Shown here one piece after another: positions 51,120-62,309 of a stretch of DNA of 64,000 nucleotides. Source of the stretch: Massalongia carnosa (Eukaryota); the NCBI GenBank assembly GCA_965645245.1, contig OZ287076.1, positions 248,001 through 312,000 of the forward strand, in the 5' to 3' direction. Below the pieces are notes generated by a model. The model worked only from the letters and a program-made list of their open reading frames with translations, searched no databases and was not told the origin of the DNA. Both the position numbers and the translations under genes were made by a program. Each line of letters starts with the position of its first letter. Position 1 is the stretch's first letter.

Positions 51120-52498
51120 GCTGTTGATGGCTGTATAATCTAGGGCCTCCGAGGTCAAAGGGACTACGAAATTGCCAAGGATGGGGAAAGGACCGGCGAG
51201 TGTGATGTCCAAAATCAAGCGGGACCTGGCCTCCTTCTTATTCACTCCTCAGCAGCTTGACCCCGTTTACCATATGCGCCTATGATGTTTTTGCCGATTA
51301 TAAGCTAAATCTTTTATTCATCGGATGCGGATGACACTTTACTCTAAACCCAGGGGCCAAGGCTTGATGTGACTGGTTTGGGCAATGTAAACATGGATAT
51401 CATGGCTACCATCGCTGGTGCCAGGTTCGTGTAGGCTAAACCTCAAGCACGCTACCTCATTTAATGCCCTTTCAACCCGGAAGCTATGAGGCGAGCGGTG
51501 AAGGGATGGGGGCCGCGCTTTTTGTTCGAATTCGCTACACGGCGGTCTCACCCGTTCGAGTCATAGTATACGAGGAGACACGAAGTCGTGTTACATGCAA
51601 GGTAATGTGCCACTAAATCCAGCGCCTTCCCGTGAGAACAGCCTTAACAAATCTCGCAGGTCTATCGGCGGGAAGAGCGCCCAGCAGGATGGCTCTGGTA
51701 AATGTAATGCGCCAGATGCGGTCGCAGAGTGGACGGAGCCACAAGCACGTGGCCGATGGAAAGGCGGTTAAAAGAGAGTGCTCGGGAACTCTGGAGTCAG
51801 AATGTTGCGATGCGAAGGAATGGTCGATGCAATCATCCGTGGCGGCATCGAGCAACTAATGTCCTAACGTCCTTGCTGCCAACACGCTCCCAAACCCAGG
51901 CTGCACACATCGGGGGCCCAAAGCCACTTTGGTCTTCTAGCGTCACGAAACTGCGCTGCAACGCTGAACACACGATATCTACTCTCTACCCGCGCCGTAT
52001 CGTGTTCATTGCCTAATCTCGATTTTGTGCAAGGAGCCTTTCATACGCAGATTCTCGATGGGTTTGAAGCCCTAGAAAGCGCAATGCATATATGTTATGT
52101 TCACCTGGCTGGCGATTATGGACAAGCAATAGGACGTTAAACACCCGCCACAGGATTCGATGGATTTTCGGGACAAGCTGCAGGGTGACGTTATCCGGAG
52201 GTCTAAATGGGGCCGAGATCCGACCTCGTAACTTAGGTTGCATCCAAGGATTTATTTCAAACCTTAGAATGCCTCCAAATTCCCTACTGCTTTTACTTTG
52301 ATGGACGGAGATTCGACTTTTAAGCTTCGTGCCGAAACGCCAAGTTGGTGATCCCTAAGGACAAACGAAGGATTGATGCGTCATTCGCATATTCACCTGG
52401 AATCTAGCATCATTCCTTCGAGCACCGCTGCTAACCGGAATGCTTATCTCCAGTCTAAGTCGCTCGTTTTGGATCTGTAGTCATTCACTCCGCTAGAT

Positions 52499-52548
52499 AC
52501 GCGTTGGATCAGTCATGTCGTTAACGCGTTGGATCAGTCATGTCGTTA
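52499..52548. repeat. Perfect 25-bp tandem duplication
   Basis: ACGCGTTGGATCAGTCATGTCGTTA occurs twice. Confidence 0.92.
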
Positions 52549-55344
52549 TTCAGCTACATAACTCTAGTCTTCCTGGTTCCTTTATATGGCCATGTCCTCA
52601 TTGCTTCTTGAAAGTCCGCTCTTCAGTATTATTTTTGTCCAACAAAAAACTTGAACCAGCTGATTGGATACATGACGAAAAAGAGCAGTGAGAAGAACAA
52701 GAGTGCGTACATGGATACAAAATGGGTGTCCGTCTCTCTGCTGTCTATCCCCATGCAACAATGACATCGCCGAACCATCATGTACTGCCTAAAGCCTTAT
52801 CGCGTCCAGGATCATGGAGCTACCAGAATGGGGGGAGTCGAACACCCATCTTTTCAAAGTTGCTTTATTCTCATAGGATCACCAGTCTTGTCAACCCTGA
52901 AGCAGTAGTACTCAATGGACCCTGGCGCAACCGGGATATTACACTGTAATAACTCGTGTAGAGTCTGCAGCTTCGCGCATGGTGGGGGCAGGCTATGGAT
53001 GCGGTGCTACCATGGCGGTCGTGCATTGAACATGAAATGAAGGAGCTATGTCCGCTTGTACCGATCTTGCTTCCTTAGGGCCTAAAACGCTCCGGGTAAG
53101 ATGCTGTATACCACCTTGCGGCTAATTAAAACACGCCCGCTGCAGTATATCATCCATTGGTGTCCAATCTAGGTATATATACATAGACTTCCTTTTGAGC
53201 ACCTGTCGATTCGGACTAATATAACAATAGCTCAAACCGCATGTTATACACGAGTAGCTCAGCCATTTCATCGGACGTGTTCCTACAACAAGCCATGTTC
53301 TTATTTGCTGCAAACAACCGAGACTGATGATCAAGGAGGCTCCGCTTTTGTTGGCAACATACGAGCCTCTAACAAAACCACACTGGCTCCAAATTCTGCG
53401 AGAATTGCGCCACGCCATCACTGAAATAGTCATAGAGAGCACGGCAAACACTTCAGCCTAGGAAAGCTTTTTCATCAGACCACTTGCGCCTATCTAATAA
53501 ACCTACAGGGTGAGCAATAGATTGAGATTTCAACCGCTCAGCTATAGTAAGCATCTAGCGAGGAAGTTATGGTGAGAAAACATATGGTCTCATCGTTGTT
53601 GCCTCGCCTTATTAGCTGTCCGGGCGGCTTTTGGGCTGGAATGCTGAACTTTACGGTGTGATTTTTGGGGTCCATCATCAGGCTAGAGTTGTTGTCCTGG
53701 CCCAGTTTATCTCCTCGCATTGTAACTTTGACCAGCCATCATCACTTCCCGCGGAAGCAATTCGCTCATATCTTCCTCGAAACTCTAACGTGCTCATACC
53801 TACAACACACACGAGGGTGATGTAGTTTTAGTCTACTCCGCCCCCTTCTCCTGTCCGGACGATAGCGTCACCCCAGCTATGCAAGCCTCGCTATCATTGC
53901 AATCTATTTCCCTCAAAGTTGATATCAGCTCGAAGGCATTTGAGGCTCAGTTTCAAGGCCAATATACAAGAAATTCAGTAGTGCCACGATTGAGTGGCAC
54001 TCTCACGAGCCTGGAATTTCGGTTCGATACTCCAAGGCTGTTTTATAATGCTCTTTAGATGTTCAGTCTCTATCGTGCTCCACAGGAATGGGCGGGCAGC
54101 AGCTGAAGTAATTCTTTTGATTGGGTAGATCCAGCTAATAAACTTCTTGGTATTTATAGCATTTGGAGTGCGAAATTAATACCATGAGATTCCAAGATCA
54201 TGCAATGGCCCAAATGAACGACTGTAGAAGAAGATTGTTGACCAACAAGACAAAATTAGCCCCCTCCGGTGATACGTAAGACAAGGCGATTGTTTCTAGA
54301 TCGTTGCTTGTGGAAATCAGTCCGACGACTTTTCCGCATAGGCCAGCATTTGGCCGTTGAAAGACCGATATCTTAACAAACAAAACCTGTCTCAACCATG
54401 CCTCCTACAACAATCAATCTCACCGCTCTCCGACGACTGCTACCGATTGGACTGGCTTATGAATACCGATTTCTTCCTGGCCAGGATATTCTTGCGGCGC
54501 TTACAGCGTCACGCACTCACGGCAGTGTCTCATGGTATCGTGTTTGGCTGATGGCTTGATAGATCAAGACGTTCTGTGTTTTGATTTAATGCTTGGGTGC
54601 ATAAATGCACCCTTTCAGAAACTGAAATTGGAGGATGAAGTCAGAGTCTATCACCGTTCGGAATCCCTTCCTGGAGAAATGACCGGCTCGGGAAGTGACG
54701 CGAGAATCCTTCGGAGAACGTCCGCAACAACATTAGGATTGAGGTAACACGAGATGGCCATACTGTCGGCCTCGACCGTTTGGAAAGCCACCGCTCGGTC
54801 AAACTTTTTTGCTGCCAATTACCAGCTGTTCCACGTCGAAAGCTTTCTTGGCAATCATCCTTCTCGATCCTTCAAACCTATGCACCATTGATTCACCAAC
54901 AAGAAAAAATTGCAGAACATGCTAACCAACGTTCTCGCTCCCAACGCCAGATCCTACAATCGCCATCTTCGATGCGGAGTAAAAGGCAACGATCATCCAC
55001 GGAAATTGTAGTTTTAGGTTTTCGGACGGCTTTCTCCGATACTTCGATAATGTGTCCGAAACTTACCTAGCTGACGCTAACATCCTTCTCGCAGAAGAGT
55101 TAAGTCCCTCCACATACACACACACACTCTTTCTCTCTTACATATGCTTATGCAAACGCCAGCCACCACCGCTCCTTTCAAGGCTGAGGGCAGCCCACCA
55201 TGTTAACCATGTGGAAGAGCCTCCCCTCTCGGGTATTTCACCGTCTCATTATCGAGTAACCATGTACCAAGTCCCGTTTGTAAAAATCCAAGCATGGCAC
55301 GGCCATTCAGGGGGATACTAAAAAAACATAATTAATTTACTGTA

Positions 55345-55501
55345 CTCGTATTCACCCCCATTTGCAACACTGCTAATTAGCAAAGCACCCGAGAGTAGGT
55401 AAAAAGAGTCGTGTTCCCAATCCTCTAATACTATTTGGGTTGTTTTGCCGTAGTACATTTTAGCGCGTTGCCAGATATTTGGGGGGGGGGGTGAATACGA
55501 G
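55345..55501. mobile_element. MITE-like element with TIRs (copy 1)
   Basis: Left end TA|CTCGTATTCACCCCC is inverted against right end GGGGGTGAATACGAG|TG. Related to 61262-61336. Confidence 0.6.
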
Positions 55502-55904
55502 TGAGTGTAGTTGTTCCTTGAAGGTCCGTACGCATGCCAAAAGCAGCAGCGCAAAAGCCTTGTTTGTTTCTAATTTTTAGTCAGTCAATTAGTCCCGATA
55601 ATGTATGTACCTTAATTTTTTTTTTCCCATTCTTCCTCCGAACCCTCCAAAAAAAAAACTCGCCAAACTTCGCATCGTCGCCCCCAAACCAACCCACATT
55701 ATTTGATAAAAAGTAGTTAAAGTCAACCAAAAAAAAAAAAAAAAAAAAAAAAAACCAAGCAATCAACGACTCTCAGAGTTATGTAAATTTATCGCGTCAA
55801 GTATCGGCCGAACATTACATACAAGTTACTCCATGTACATACCCGTTTACGATTGCGCAACCCCCCCCTGCTGCTGCTGCTGCTGCTACTACTTGACTAA
55901 CTAA

Positions 55905-56090
55905 ACTAACGCTCGGGTTTCGCCGAGGGGGCCTCTTGGATAATACTGGCATTGTTCTTGGCAGCAGCAGTGAAGAGGAGGAGGTAAAACTTTCTCCATC
56001 TAACCATGCGGCTAAGTCAGTTATGTGAAGGAAAGACCATTTGGCGCTGGATTTCGAGTCAATAATACCAAGAAGGAAAAATCATACCAT
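55905..56090 (+). repeat. Dispersed ~200-250-bp module, copy A (inverted relative to B and C)
   Basis: Relic frames FAEG..., KERPFGAGFRVNN match copy B (SFAEGPS..., GKRPFGAELRIN). Confidence 0.55.
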
Positions 56091-56904
56091 CCTTCTTCTT
56101 CCATGCATGCAATCCATTACCTGACCGTCGTCCCTCTTCTTTCTCCGCCCCACTGTATCTACGATCATGCCCTCCCTTCCACTTCGGTCTGGTTCTCGGG
56201 CAATTTAGTTCACCCCCTTTTTTCCGGCACCCCCTGGACTAGTTGGACTGCTTGTGTTGTTGTTGGTTATGGTATGTAACATTATGGTATGTTCTCGAAA
56301 TTGCCGCTCTTTGGCCTTTTCTTTAACAGAAAGAAAGAAAGAAAGAAAAACGAATCAATCGGTTAAATCTGATCTGATCTATTTTAGTCAATTATTTCGG
56401 TTCGCTTTACTCCGCTTCTTTTAATCCTTTCTATCAGGAATCATCTCCGAAGAACCGATCGAAACCCTCCTTTTTGGGGGGAAAATAACAAAACCAAAAC
56501 CAAAACAAGGCAAGATATCGGGAGACAAGGCAAATGACTTGAATAAATAAATGTTTAGATAGATCCTCCCTTCCTTTTCCTCCACTCCCTTTGCTTAATC
56601 AGTCAGTCAGTCAGTCATTCAGTCAGCCTACTTATCTGTATCACTTTCTTCCTCTCCTTCTTTCGCTAGCGACATTCTTGCTTCTAATCTTCTCATTTGT
56701 ATAATTAGTTTGAAGTAATTCGGCTAAGGCGAAAGGTAATGCCGGGACCGAGTGGAGGCAGGCCGCGAAACAGCCGACGAAGGCTGAAGGCCGTGGATAG
56801 CCGAAGGACCGAGTGGAGGCAGGCCGCGAACAGCCAAACAAAGGCCGAAGGACAAAGGGAGGATGATGTCCAAAATAGTTGGACAAACAAGGGAGAGAAA
56901 GGGC

Positions 56905-57170
56905 ATAAATAGGTGGCCTTTTGGCACTCTTCTCCTCATCATCACCATTGATTCGGAGTTCCGCACCAAAAGGTCTTTTGCCCACCACCCACTCCCTGAA
57001 TCAGCCGCATAGGTAGATGGAGTTTTTCCCCTCACTGCTGCCAAAACAAAGCCATTATAGGAGGGGCCCTCAGCAAAACTGAGCGCCAGCAGGGCAGCAG
57101 CGAGGGGAGAGTTGCCCAAACATAGATAGAAATTATGTATATGTTCAGCTGAGACGATGGAGCCCGCGAA
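56905..57170 (-). repeat. Dispersed module, copy B
   Basis: Aligns by eye with 58550-58790, e.g. AAATAGGTGGCCTTTTGGCACT vs AAATAAGTGGCCTTGTTGGCACT and AATCAGCCGCATAGGTAGATG vs AATCAGTCGCATAGATCGATG. Confidence 0.7.
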
Positions 57171-58549
57171 TTACTACCTAACTGCAGCGACAAGGAAAAG
57201 AAAACATTGTGGGGAATTTTGAAGTTTAATTTAGAATGCCTGCTGCTTGCCTGCCCGTCTGCCCGTTATGACGCTAACTACAGATCTAACTAGGTATCCG
57301 TACTAGAGTGGTTACTATATATGTACTTGTACTCACGAAATCGGGTAATTATGACATTTGCCAACATCGGGCTTCCCTCTTCAAATAAGTCTCGTCATCT
57401 TTTTTTGGCTCTACTGTCGACCAGTTAATATAGTTACAGTAACTTATGGGATCTCCGAGGAAAGAACGAGTCCGCGTTACCGAGATAAGTGCATGCGGCC
57501 TTGACTACGGAGTTTACACTGTACTATATATACCGGGAGGTAGATACCTATGTACCTAAATTAGTATCGAATCCCTTAGCTACCTACCTATCAGTTTCAT
57601 CAGGCGATGATCTCGAGGGAAGAAAAACAGGGGTTTCTCCGATTCTTTACTCTAAAGACGTCATGACATCTCGCTTTCTTTCGGCACCGCCCCCAATCGC
57701 TGCGGCCCGCGGGTTTTCTGACGTTGTGAGATGGCGACAGTGATATATGTGCTAATGCAATCGATGGATGAAACGTTTGAAATAGAGGGCTATTCCTCGA
57801 AGCACATGAGTTTGCGCCTGAGACGGGAACAATCTCTTTTAATGTGAATTTTCGTTGGTTTTCATTCTCAATTCTTTTTTCGATAGCGTTATATGTCGTT
57901 GATTTCTTCGTCGAAGTGTAGACAAATAAAAACGTAACAGATTAAGAAGAGTTTAATTGACATTGCGGATAGTTTCATTTGCTATACGAATATTTATTGT
58001 TTGGATCTTGAGCAGTATGTGATAGACTTCATAGCCATTTTTCGTCTTAGGTTACGTCTTTTGTACTTGAGTTTTTATCAAGACGAGGCGTATTAGCAAG
58101 ATTTTTTTTCACCTCATAACTCATCACGGGATTTTTATTAAGAGATGAGTGTAGATACGCAATCGAAAGATCGAAAGAGACCGTGCTGTTCATCGTTTAT
58201 TCGAGATAGAGAAGTCAAAGAGAAATTGAGATTTAACAAGTTGATGCTATTCACCGCTTGAAGCCCCACTGTCAGTCCTATTTCCACTAGAATAAAGCGA
58301 GGGAGGGGGTGCTATTTTCGAGCTCCGCTAGCTTTGTTACTCTGTCTATGTGATCATCTCTCATAGTCAATGTATTTGGTTGCAAACCGAAACGAGGGAC
58401 GATTATTCATAAACCAGTAACTTGGCTCGAGCTTAAGGTAATACTGAAATCGCCTAATAGACGGATAATCCGGAGTCGAATATAACAAGCCAATCATCGA
58501 AGAACGCACTCACTCATAGGTGACTGACTAGGAGAGATAGTGAGGTTAA

Positions 58550-58790
58550 ATAAGTGGCCTTGTTGGCACTGTTTTATCCATCGTTATTATTGATTCCAAG
58601 TTTAGCCGTAGAAAGTCGTTTTTCCACCCAGCTACCTCGGTAATCAGTCGCATAGATCGATGACGCCAAAACCAGGATGAAGCCACTATTGGAGGGACCA
58701 CCGGCATAACTGAATGATAGCGAGGCAGCGGCGACTGGAGATTTGGTCACAGTCATATGTATTCAGCCCTAGACAAGGAGACCACGGGTT
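58550..58790 (-). repeat. Dispersed module, copy C
   Basis: Nucleotide and peptide similarity to copy B (SPVAAASLSFSYAGGPSNSGF vs SPLAAALLALSFAEGPSYNGF). Confidence 0.7.
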
Positions 58791-59065
58791 TCAGGGTATT
58801 TTCTCATCAGCTCGGATATGGCTGCTCGAGGGGTTTTAGATGCAGATCATTGCTGGAAGTTCAAAATATTTTTAATCGAATGTCCAATCTTTCGAGCGCT
58901 TGAAATATTTTGATAATAGTCTTTGGAATAACTGCAGTCTAGTTAATACAGTCGCGCAGTTGATTCGACGCCACATCAGGAATATGAAAACTCTTTTTTC
59001 CCCTCGATAAACGATAAGTTGCTCAACTCGTTATTTCCACGAGTGTATGAATGATGAAAGAACTA

Positions 59066-61260
59066 TCATGCCCACAGCAAACCGTCCAGCCATCCATCAT
59101 CAGGGAGATTTATAGTAGCGTGGTCTAAAACATCTAATTCTTTTGCTTTCATACCAACGCGCTCTTGCCATAGGCTGTTTAGCTCGCCAGCAGCATTGTA
59201 CTGTTGAGTGTCCATCCACTCTGTCCAGCGGGCAACGCTAGCGGAAGCCATATTTGGATGCATTTGAAATCAATTATCATGTTGATACCCAGAGTCTTGT
59301 CCAGCGTTGCACTTTACCTCGGTTTGCCTGTAATGGTTCAATTGGGTTATAACCAAAAAATTTCCGCTCTGCCGGAGTTGTGAACCCGCCGTTGTTGAGG
59401 ATCTTGAACAAGGTCAGGCATAAAATGACAACGCTGACGCCACCCTTGTAGACACCTGTCGATGGACCTAGTACGCCCTATGTGATAGAACCCTGGACAA
59501 CCTTGGTGTCTAAAGACACACCAACAACCTTCATACCGCTCGCGTGGGGTTAAAGGCTGAGACATGAGATCAAGAAGCTTTTTGATCTATCTTTAGCGAA
59601 CCATGCTGAAGTCGCTGCTTGGACCTGTGCGCAGAGAAGTCTGATTCCAATACATGAATGAACTTAGAGTGGCGAATTTCATATTTTTCAAGACTTTTGT
59701 CCCTTTTTGCAGCTGCTTTCATCTTTATTTGGTATTTCAAGTAATCTTCTTCAGCTTTAGTAGGAAGCGAAAGACCCTCTAAGGGTAATGATGTAGTTTT
59801 TCTAACGCTATCAGTGTTGTCCTCGGAGCAATAGCTTTTGGTCGAGTTAATGAGATGAGATGTTGTACCGCACTTTAGGCTGAAACAAATTAGTTTATAC
59901 TAACCTCTCAGGGAAGAAAGCCTTCATAACATACCAAGCCATAAAAGAATCATCTTCAATGTGATGATTTCCAATACGATCAATTTTATCTTTGTAAGCT
60001 GGTTGTGGGTAGACCCCACTCTTCATTCTCACATTTTTAATGATTATAGATATGATGATCACCGAGCCTGGAGGAAAGGGATCCATTCCAATTTTTTGGT
60101 TCTACGATCTTGTTACCCCCACGCCCGGTGTTTAGCAGGCAATATTGTTGTTGAAGGACTTTTTTTTCACCTAGAAGGCCATTAAATGTGACGCGAAGTC
60201 TAGCTTCATAAAACTATTTTCGCTATTCCTGATATCTTCTTATATCCCTGAAGATTGCATGGACAAAACTGCATGACCGATCACTTACAGGCCAGTGGCA
60301 AAAATCTGCATATGTCAAACTTGTTTTCCATTCCAGAACATCTATACTTGAAGTTGTTCGAGAGTAGACTTGTAGGCACTGCAGTAATGCTTTTCAAAAG
60401 TAGCTGAAATGCTCTTAAGCCGAAGACTAATCAAGGTCGAGAATTAGATTAATCTTGCAAAAGAGGAGATCTCATATAGTTGATGGAAAGCTAATCCGCA
60501 TTTCTGTGAATCTCCACATTTGTGCGGATTTCCCATTGCAAGATCGATCACTTGGGAGAGTGGGTCATTCTTCATAGGCTCTGAATGATAATCGACGACC
60601 GTCTGGTCGCGTTTCCTGAGGTCATCGATTCGGTTATGCATTAGAGTGAATTGAGCAAGATTTAGCTGATAGAATTGCTGCGCATAAGAGTGGCATTTCT
60701 CCGAAGATTTCTAGGCGTTGGCTAAGACCAAGACAATAACTGGCACATTTCTTGAGCAGGCTTGGTTGCTTGTCCAACTTTCTCTTGATCCCTCTTTGGT
60801 AGCCCTAGCATAGGACCTTACTAAATCCTGGATGGTGAAATTCTGTGAAGTGATAGCTGATAAAGAAGACCTACATATACGTTGTTGGAATATCTATGGC
60901 GAGAACCAGCACGCTCACATACTTTACTTCTAAGTCCAGAAGTCGGCCAATCGTAGACAGCGGTACTGCAAGGCTCTCTCCGAGTTTCTCAACCTCATCA
61001 TTCGCAAATAAAGTAAATATGATGTTTTTCGGAACGAGTTTCCAGGACCACGGAATGCTCTTTCTAGCGCAGGTTAACGTCGATGTTTCAGACGGATTTT
61101 CCTACTCTTTCCCGAATTTTGCCTCCAAGGCTTGAATCGGTTCTTTGCACCTAGATATCAAATCATGGATCTCCGGCATTACCAACCCTTTGGGGTCATC
61201 TAATGTCTGAAGCAGAGCAAGGTATGTTCGAAACTCGAGGAGGGTTTGAGCATTTTGATT
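59066..61260 (-). pseudogene. Decayed multidomain gene: HeLo-like/STAND N-terminal, ubiquitin-like and T5orf172 (MUG113/GIY-YIG-like) domains
   Basis: 'DLISRCKEPIQALEAKF...WKLVPKNIIFTLFANDEVEKLGESL' at 60960-61200. 'PTSLLSNNFK/IDVLEWKTSLTYADFCHWP|GTAAGT' and 'PFPPGSVIIISIII' at 60040-60390. 'GFYHIGRTRSIDRCLQGWRQRC...QHDN*FQ...VARWTEWM' at 59160-59565. Many stops and frameshifts. Confidence 0.6.
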
Positions 61261-61261
61261 A

Positions 61262-61336
61262 CTCGTATTCATTCCCATTTGCAACACGCCAAAAGTTACT
61301 ATTATTTAGCGTTCTGCAAATGGGGGTGAATTGAAG
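61262..61336. mobile_element. MITE-like element (short copy 2)
   Basis: TA|CTCGTATTCATTCCCATTTGCAACAC...TGCAAATGGGGGTGAAT, with the same termini as 55345-55501. Confidence 0.55.
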
Positions 61337-61553
61337 ACACGCAATGCAAAAAAAAATGACGCAGTACGTCACTGGAATTTGTGGAAGCTACTTTTTACCT
61401 CACACACATTATAATGACTCTGCAAGCTGTCATGATTGTGAAATATACTCTGCCCGTGCTTTGCCTTCATACGTACACTGTATCCCTCTCGCTGTCATTC
61501 TAGCACCCCCCCCCAAGCTAAACCATTGTTGGTTAGAAAGCGCTAAACCTTAA

Positions 61554-62012
61554 ACTTTTGACCAATCAATGTTATTCCTATTCACAAGAAGTTGTACGGA
61601 GTATCAGATACCTATTTACTCGTCCCCTATCATATGAATAGCTTCCCAACAGCTGGCTTTCTTACAGCAGGGCCTGATTGGATTACATCCTCCACAAGCC
61701 CATATAGTCTGAGCACCCCTTCGCCTTCTTTTACGCCCATCGACACTTATTTCAGCCAGTGGCTCTCCCTTCCGCTTTGAAGGTCGTTTTTTCTCGGCGT
61801 TACATTGCACACATCTTTTTCTGCCTTCAAGACGAACGTAATGATGAATGGGAGATGGTACTAAAGCATCAATCGTGGTATTGATGCTTATCTTTGATGA
61901 GCCGGGCCTGATGCCCGCTTGATTTGATATCAGTTCAAGAGCAATCCGACGAAGAAATTCAGAACGAGTAAATTTTATCTCCTCGGAATCGAAAGAGTTC
62001 AGCGAGTAAAGT
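61554..62012 (-). mobile_element. piggyBac-like transposon 3' end (transposase C-terminus), interrupted by Copia
   Basis: Open frame 62011 to 61616: LYSL...FTRSEFLRRIALEL...RKRCVQC...QTIWACGGC...CCKKASCWEAIH*, a piggyBac-type Cys-rich tail. TTAA at 61550-61553 is the likely TSD. Confidence 0.68.
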
Positions 62013-62302
62013 TGTTGAAATAGGTATATGACTATGGCTATATGGCTATGATAAAAATGGTATGTATGACCGTGATGTTAAGGATGAAGAGTGCTGTTCA
62101 GCAGTCTTTGTCCCATAACTGGTCACCCTCTGCTAAGCGAGGTGATAAGATTATCTGAGCTGATCTTATCTAATCTCTAGGCTAAGCCTAATACGGCATC
62201 TACGGTTTCTGTAGGTGCTCTGTCCATCTTGGGCAGTCGTAGGTGCTATGTTCATTGAACTGGTAGGTGTTCACTGTACTGGTAGGAGTTGAATATTCAA
62301 CA
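62013..62302 (-). repeat. 3' LTR of the Copia element (~290 bp)
   Basis: Minus-strand TGTTGAA...TTCAACA termini, immediately preceded by the polypurine tract AGGGGGGG (62303-62310). Confidence 0.8.
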
Positions 62303-62309
62303 CCCCCCC

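Noticed and set aside
51120..51245. N-terminal extension of the NRPS-like ORF from a GTG start
   Set aside because: A non-ATG start is unlikely here; ATG 51119 (or 51110) gives the usual length for A-T-TE enzymes.
54398..55050. Possible F-box-like pseudogene (LPIGLAYEYRFLPGQDILAALTASR)
   Set aside because: The resemblance is too weak and fragmented to support without a search.
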